This document shows, in pieces, positions 23,147-24,000 of a stretch of 24,000 bases of DNA. Each line of letters begins with the position of its first letter. The stretch's first letter is position 1. The notes under the pieces were generated by a model. It saw only the letters and a list, made by a program, of their open reading frames with translations, was not told the origin of the DNA and did no database searches. Both the position numbers and the translations under genes were made by a program. Source of the stretch: Candidatus Nanopelagicaceae bacterium (GTDB lineage Bacteria; Actinomycetota; Actinomycetes; Nanopelagicales; Nanopelagicaceae); the NCBI GenBank assembly GCA_965268005.1, contig OZ254130.1, positions 977,858 to 1,001,857 on the forward strand, given 5' to 3'.

Positions 23147-23551
23147 TTAATACGCGCCTGTTGGTACTTCCTGATTTTCTAAAATTGCCCATTCAGCATC
23201 GGTAAATAAGCGTGAGCGAATCAAGAATCGTTTACCTTCGGGTGATTCGAGAGAAAAACCACCACCGCGACCATCCACCACATCAACGGTTAGATGCGTG
23301 TGCTTCCAATACTCAAATTGAGAAGCCGACATCCAGAAACCAATTGGCTCCTGAATGCCGGCTACTACCAAATCCCCGAGCTTTACATCCTGACCCCCGA
23401 CGCGGAATTCGCCAGCTGGGTAACACATTGGAGAAGATCCATCACAGCATCCACCTGATTGATGAAACATCAATGGGCCATGAATTGAAGTTAATTTTCG
23501 AAGAAGTTCTTCGGCAGTTTCACTTAATTCAACGCGTGATGGATTCTCCAT
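23147..23551 (-). CDS. DUF779-family protein
   Basis: 134-aa ORF with the family hallmark 'GPLMFHQSGGCCDGSSPMCYPAGEF'. It lies directly downstream of an aldehyde dehydrogenase, which is the usual genomic partner. Confidence 0.85.
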   Translation of the reverse strand: MENPSRVELSETAEELLRKLTSIHGPLMFHQSGGCCDGSSPMCYPAGEFRVGGQDVKLGDLVVAGIQEPIGFWMSASQFEYWKHTHLTVDVVDGRGGGFSLESPEGKRFLIRSRLFTDAEWAILENQEVPTGAY

Positions 23552-23569
23552 GTCTTAACTGTAATCGGC

Positions 23570-24000
23570 TTAGAAGAATCCGAGCTTGTTTGGTGAGTAC
23601 GAAACAAGCAGATTCTTTGTCTGCTGATAGTGATCAAGCATCATCTTGTGGGTTTCACGTCCGATACCTGATGACTTGTAACCACCGAATGCGGCTCCTG
23701 CTGGATATGCGTGATAGCAGTTAGTCCAAACACGACCTGCTTGGATTTCACGACCTGCACGGTAGGCAGTGTTTGTGTCGCGAGTCCACACACCTGCACC
23801 TAGTCCGTACAAAGTATCGTTTGCAATCTCCATCGCATTATCAAATCCATCGAACTTTGTAACAGATACAACTGGTCCAAAGATTTCTTCCTGGAAGATA
23901 CGCATCTTGTTATTGCCTTCGAAGATTGTTGGCGTTACGTAGTAACCACCAGATAGTTCGCCGCCAAGATCTGCGCGCTCTCCACCAGTGATTAGCTTTG
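23570..24000 (-). CDS. NAD(P)-dependent aldehyde dehydrogenase, C-terminal part (5' end beyond the right window edge)
   Basis: The frame stays open upstream of the tracked Met, reading ...[45 protein letters not shown].... It carries the 'EEIFGPV' and '[11 protein letters not shown]' ALDH motifs. Confidence 0.9.
   Translation of the reverse strand, partial: KLITGGERADLGGELSGGYYVTPTIFEGNNKMRIFQEEIFGPVVSVTKFDGFDNAMEIANDTLYGLGAGVWTRDTNTAYRAGREIQAGRVWTNCYHAYPAGAAFGGYKSSGIGRETHKMMLDHYQQTKNLLVSYSPNKLGFF

Noticed and set aside
23212-23724. 170-aa plus-strand ORF
   Set aside because: It is antisense to DUF779 and the aldehyde dehydrogenase, both of which carry family hallmark motifs. Its translation is Arg/His/Ser-rich with no motif.
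1-24000. Looked for CRISPR repeats, IS elements, integrases, phage genes, toxin-antitoxin pairs, defence-system hallmarks and long direct or inverted repeats
   Set aside because: None were recognised by eye. Every ORF of 150 aa or more is accounted for by housekeeping or accessory metabolic functions, and no repeat-spacer periodicity was seen. A computational repeat search was not possible here.

Overview
This is a gene-dense chromosomal segment with an actinobacterial gene repertoire: a SenX3/RegX3-type two-component pair, an MMPL transporter, MpaB/DUF2236, an aldehyde dehydrogenase with DUF779, and frequent ATGA start/stop overlaps. Third codon positions look AT-leaning by eye (GC not computed), which would fit a low-GC, streamlined actinobacterium. 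That taxonomic guess is inference only.

Contents from left to right:
- A large MalT/LAL-type LuxR regulator, open at the left edge.
- A small membrane protein, a DinB-family protein and an unannotated 49-aa membrane ORF.
- A complete phosphate module in an unusual order on the minus strand: phoU-pstC-pstA-pstB, then pstS behind its own operator.
- A divergent senX3-regX3 pair.
- A short YjjI-like glycyl-radical enzyme with its radical-SAM activase.
- A GNAT acetyltransferase and an MMPL transporter.
- A three-gene operon of signal-peptide proteins with no assignable function.
- MpaB/DUF2236, a DUF1801-MORN fusion, a DsbA/FrnE-like oxidoreductase and UppP.
- A TerC-family protein preceded by a yybP-ykoY (Mn2+) riboswitch.
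- DUF779 and the 3' part of an aldehyde dehydrogenase, open at the right edge.

I saw no rRNA, tRNA, CRISPR array, transposase, integrase or long repeat.

The items most worth follow-up are:
- the uncharacterised glycyl-radical enzyme pair;
- the secreted-protein operon;
- the 11-nt-phased GTTCAC-type direct-repeat operators, which share identical geometry upstream of phoU and pstS;
- a recurring TANNNT-6/7 nt-start-codon (leaderless) promoter pattern.
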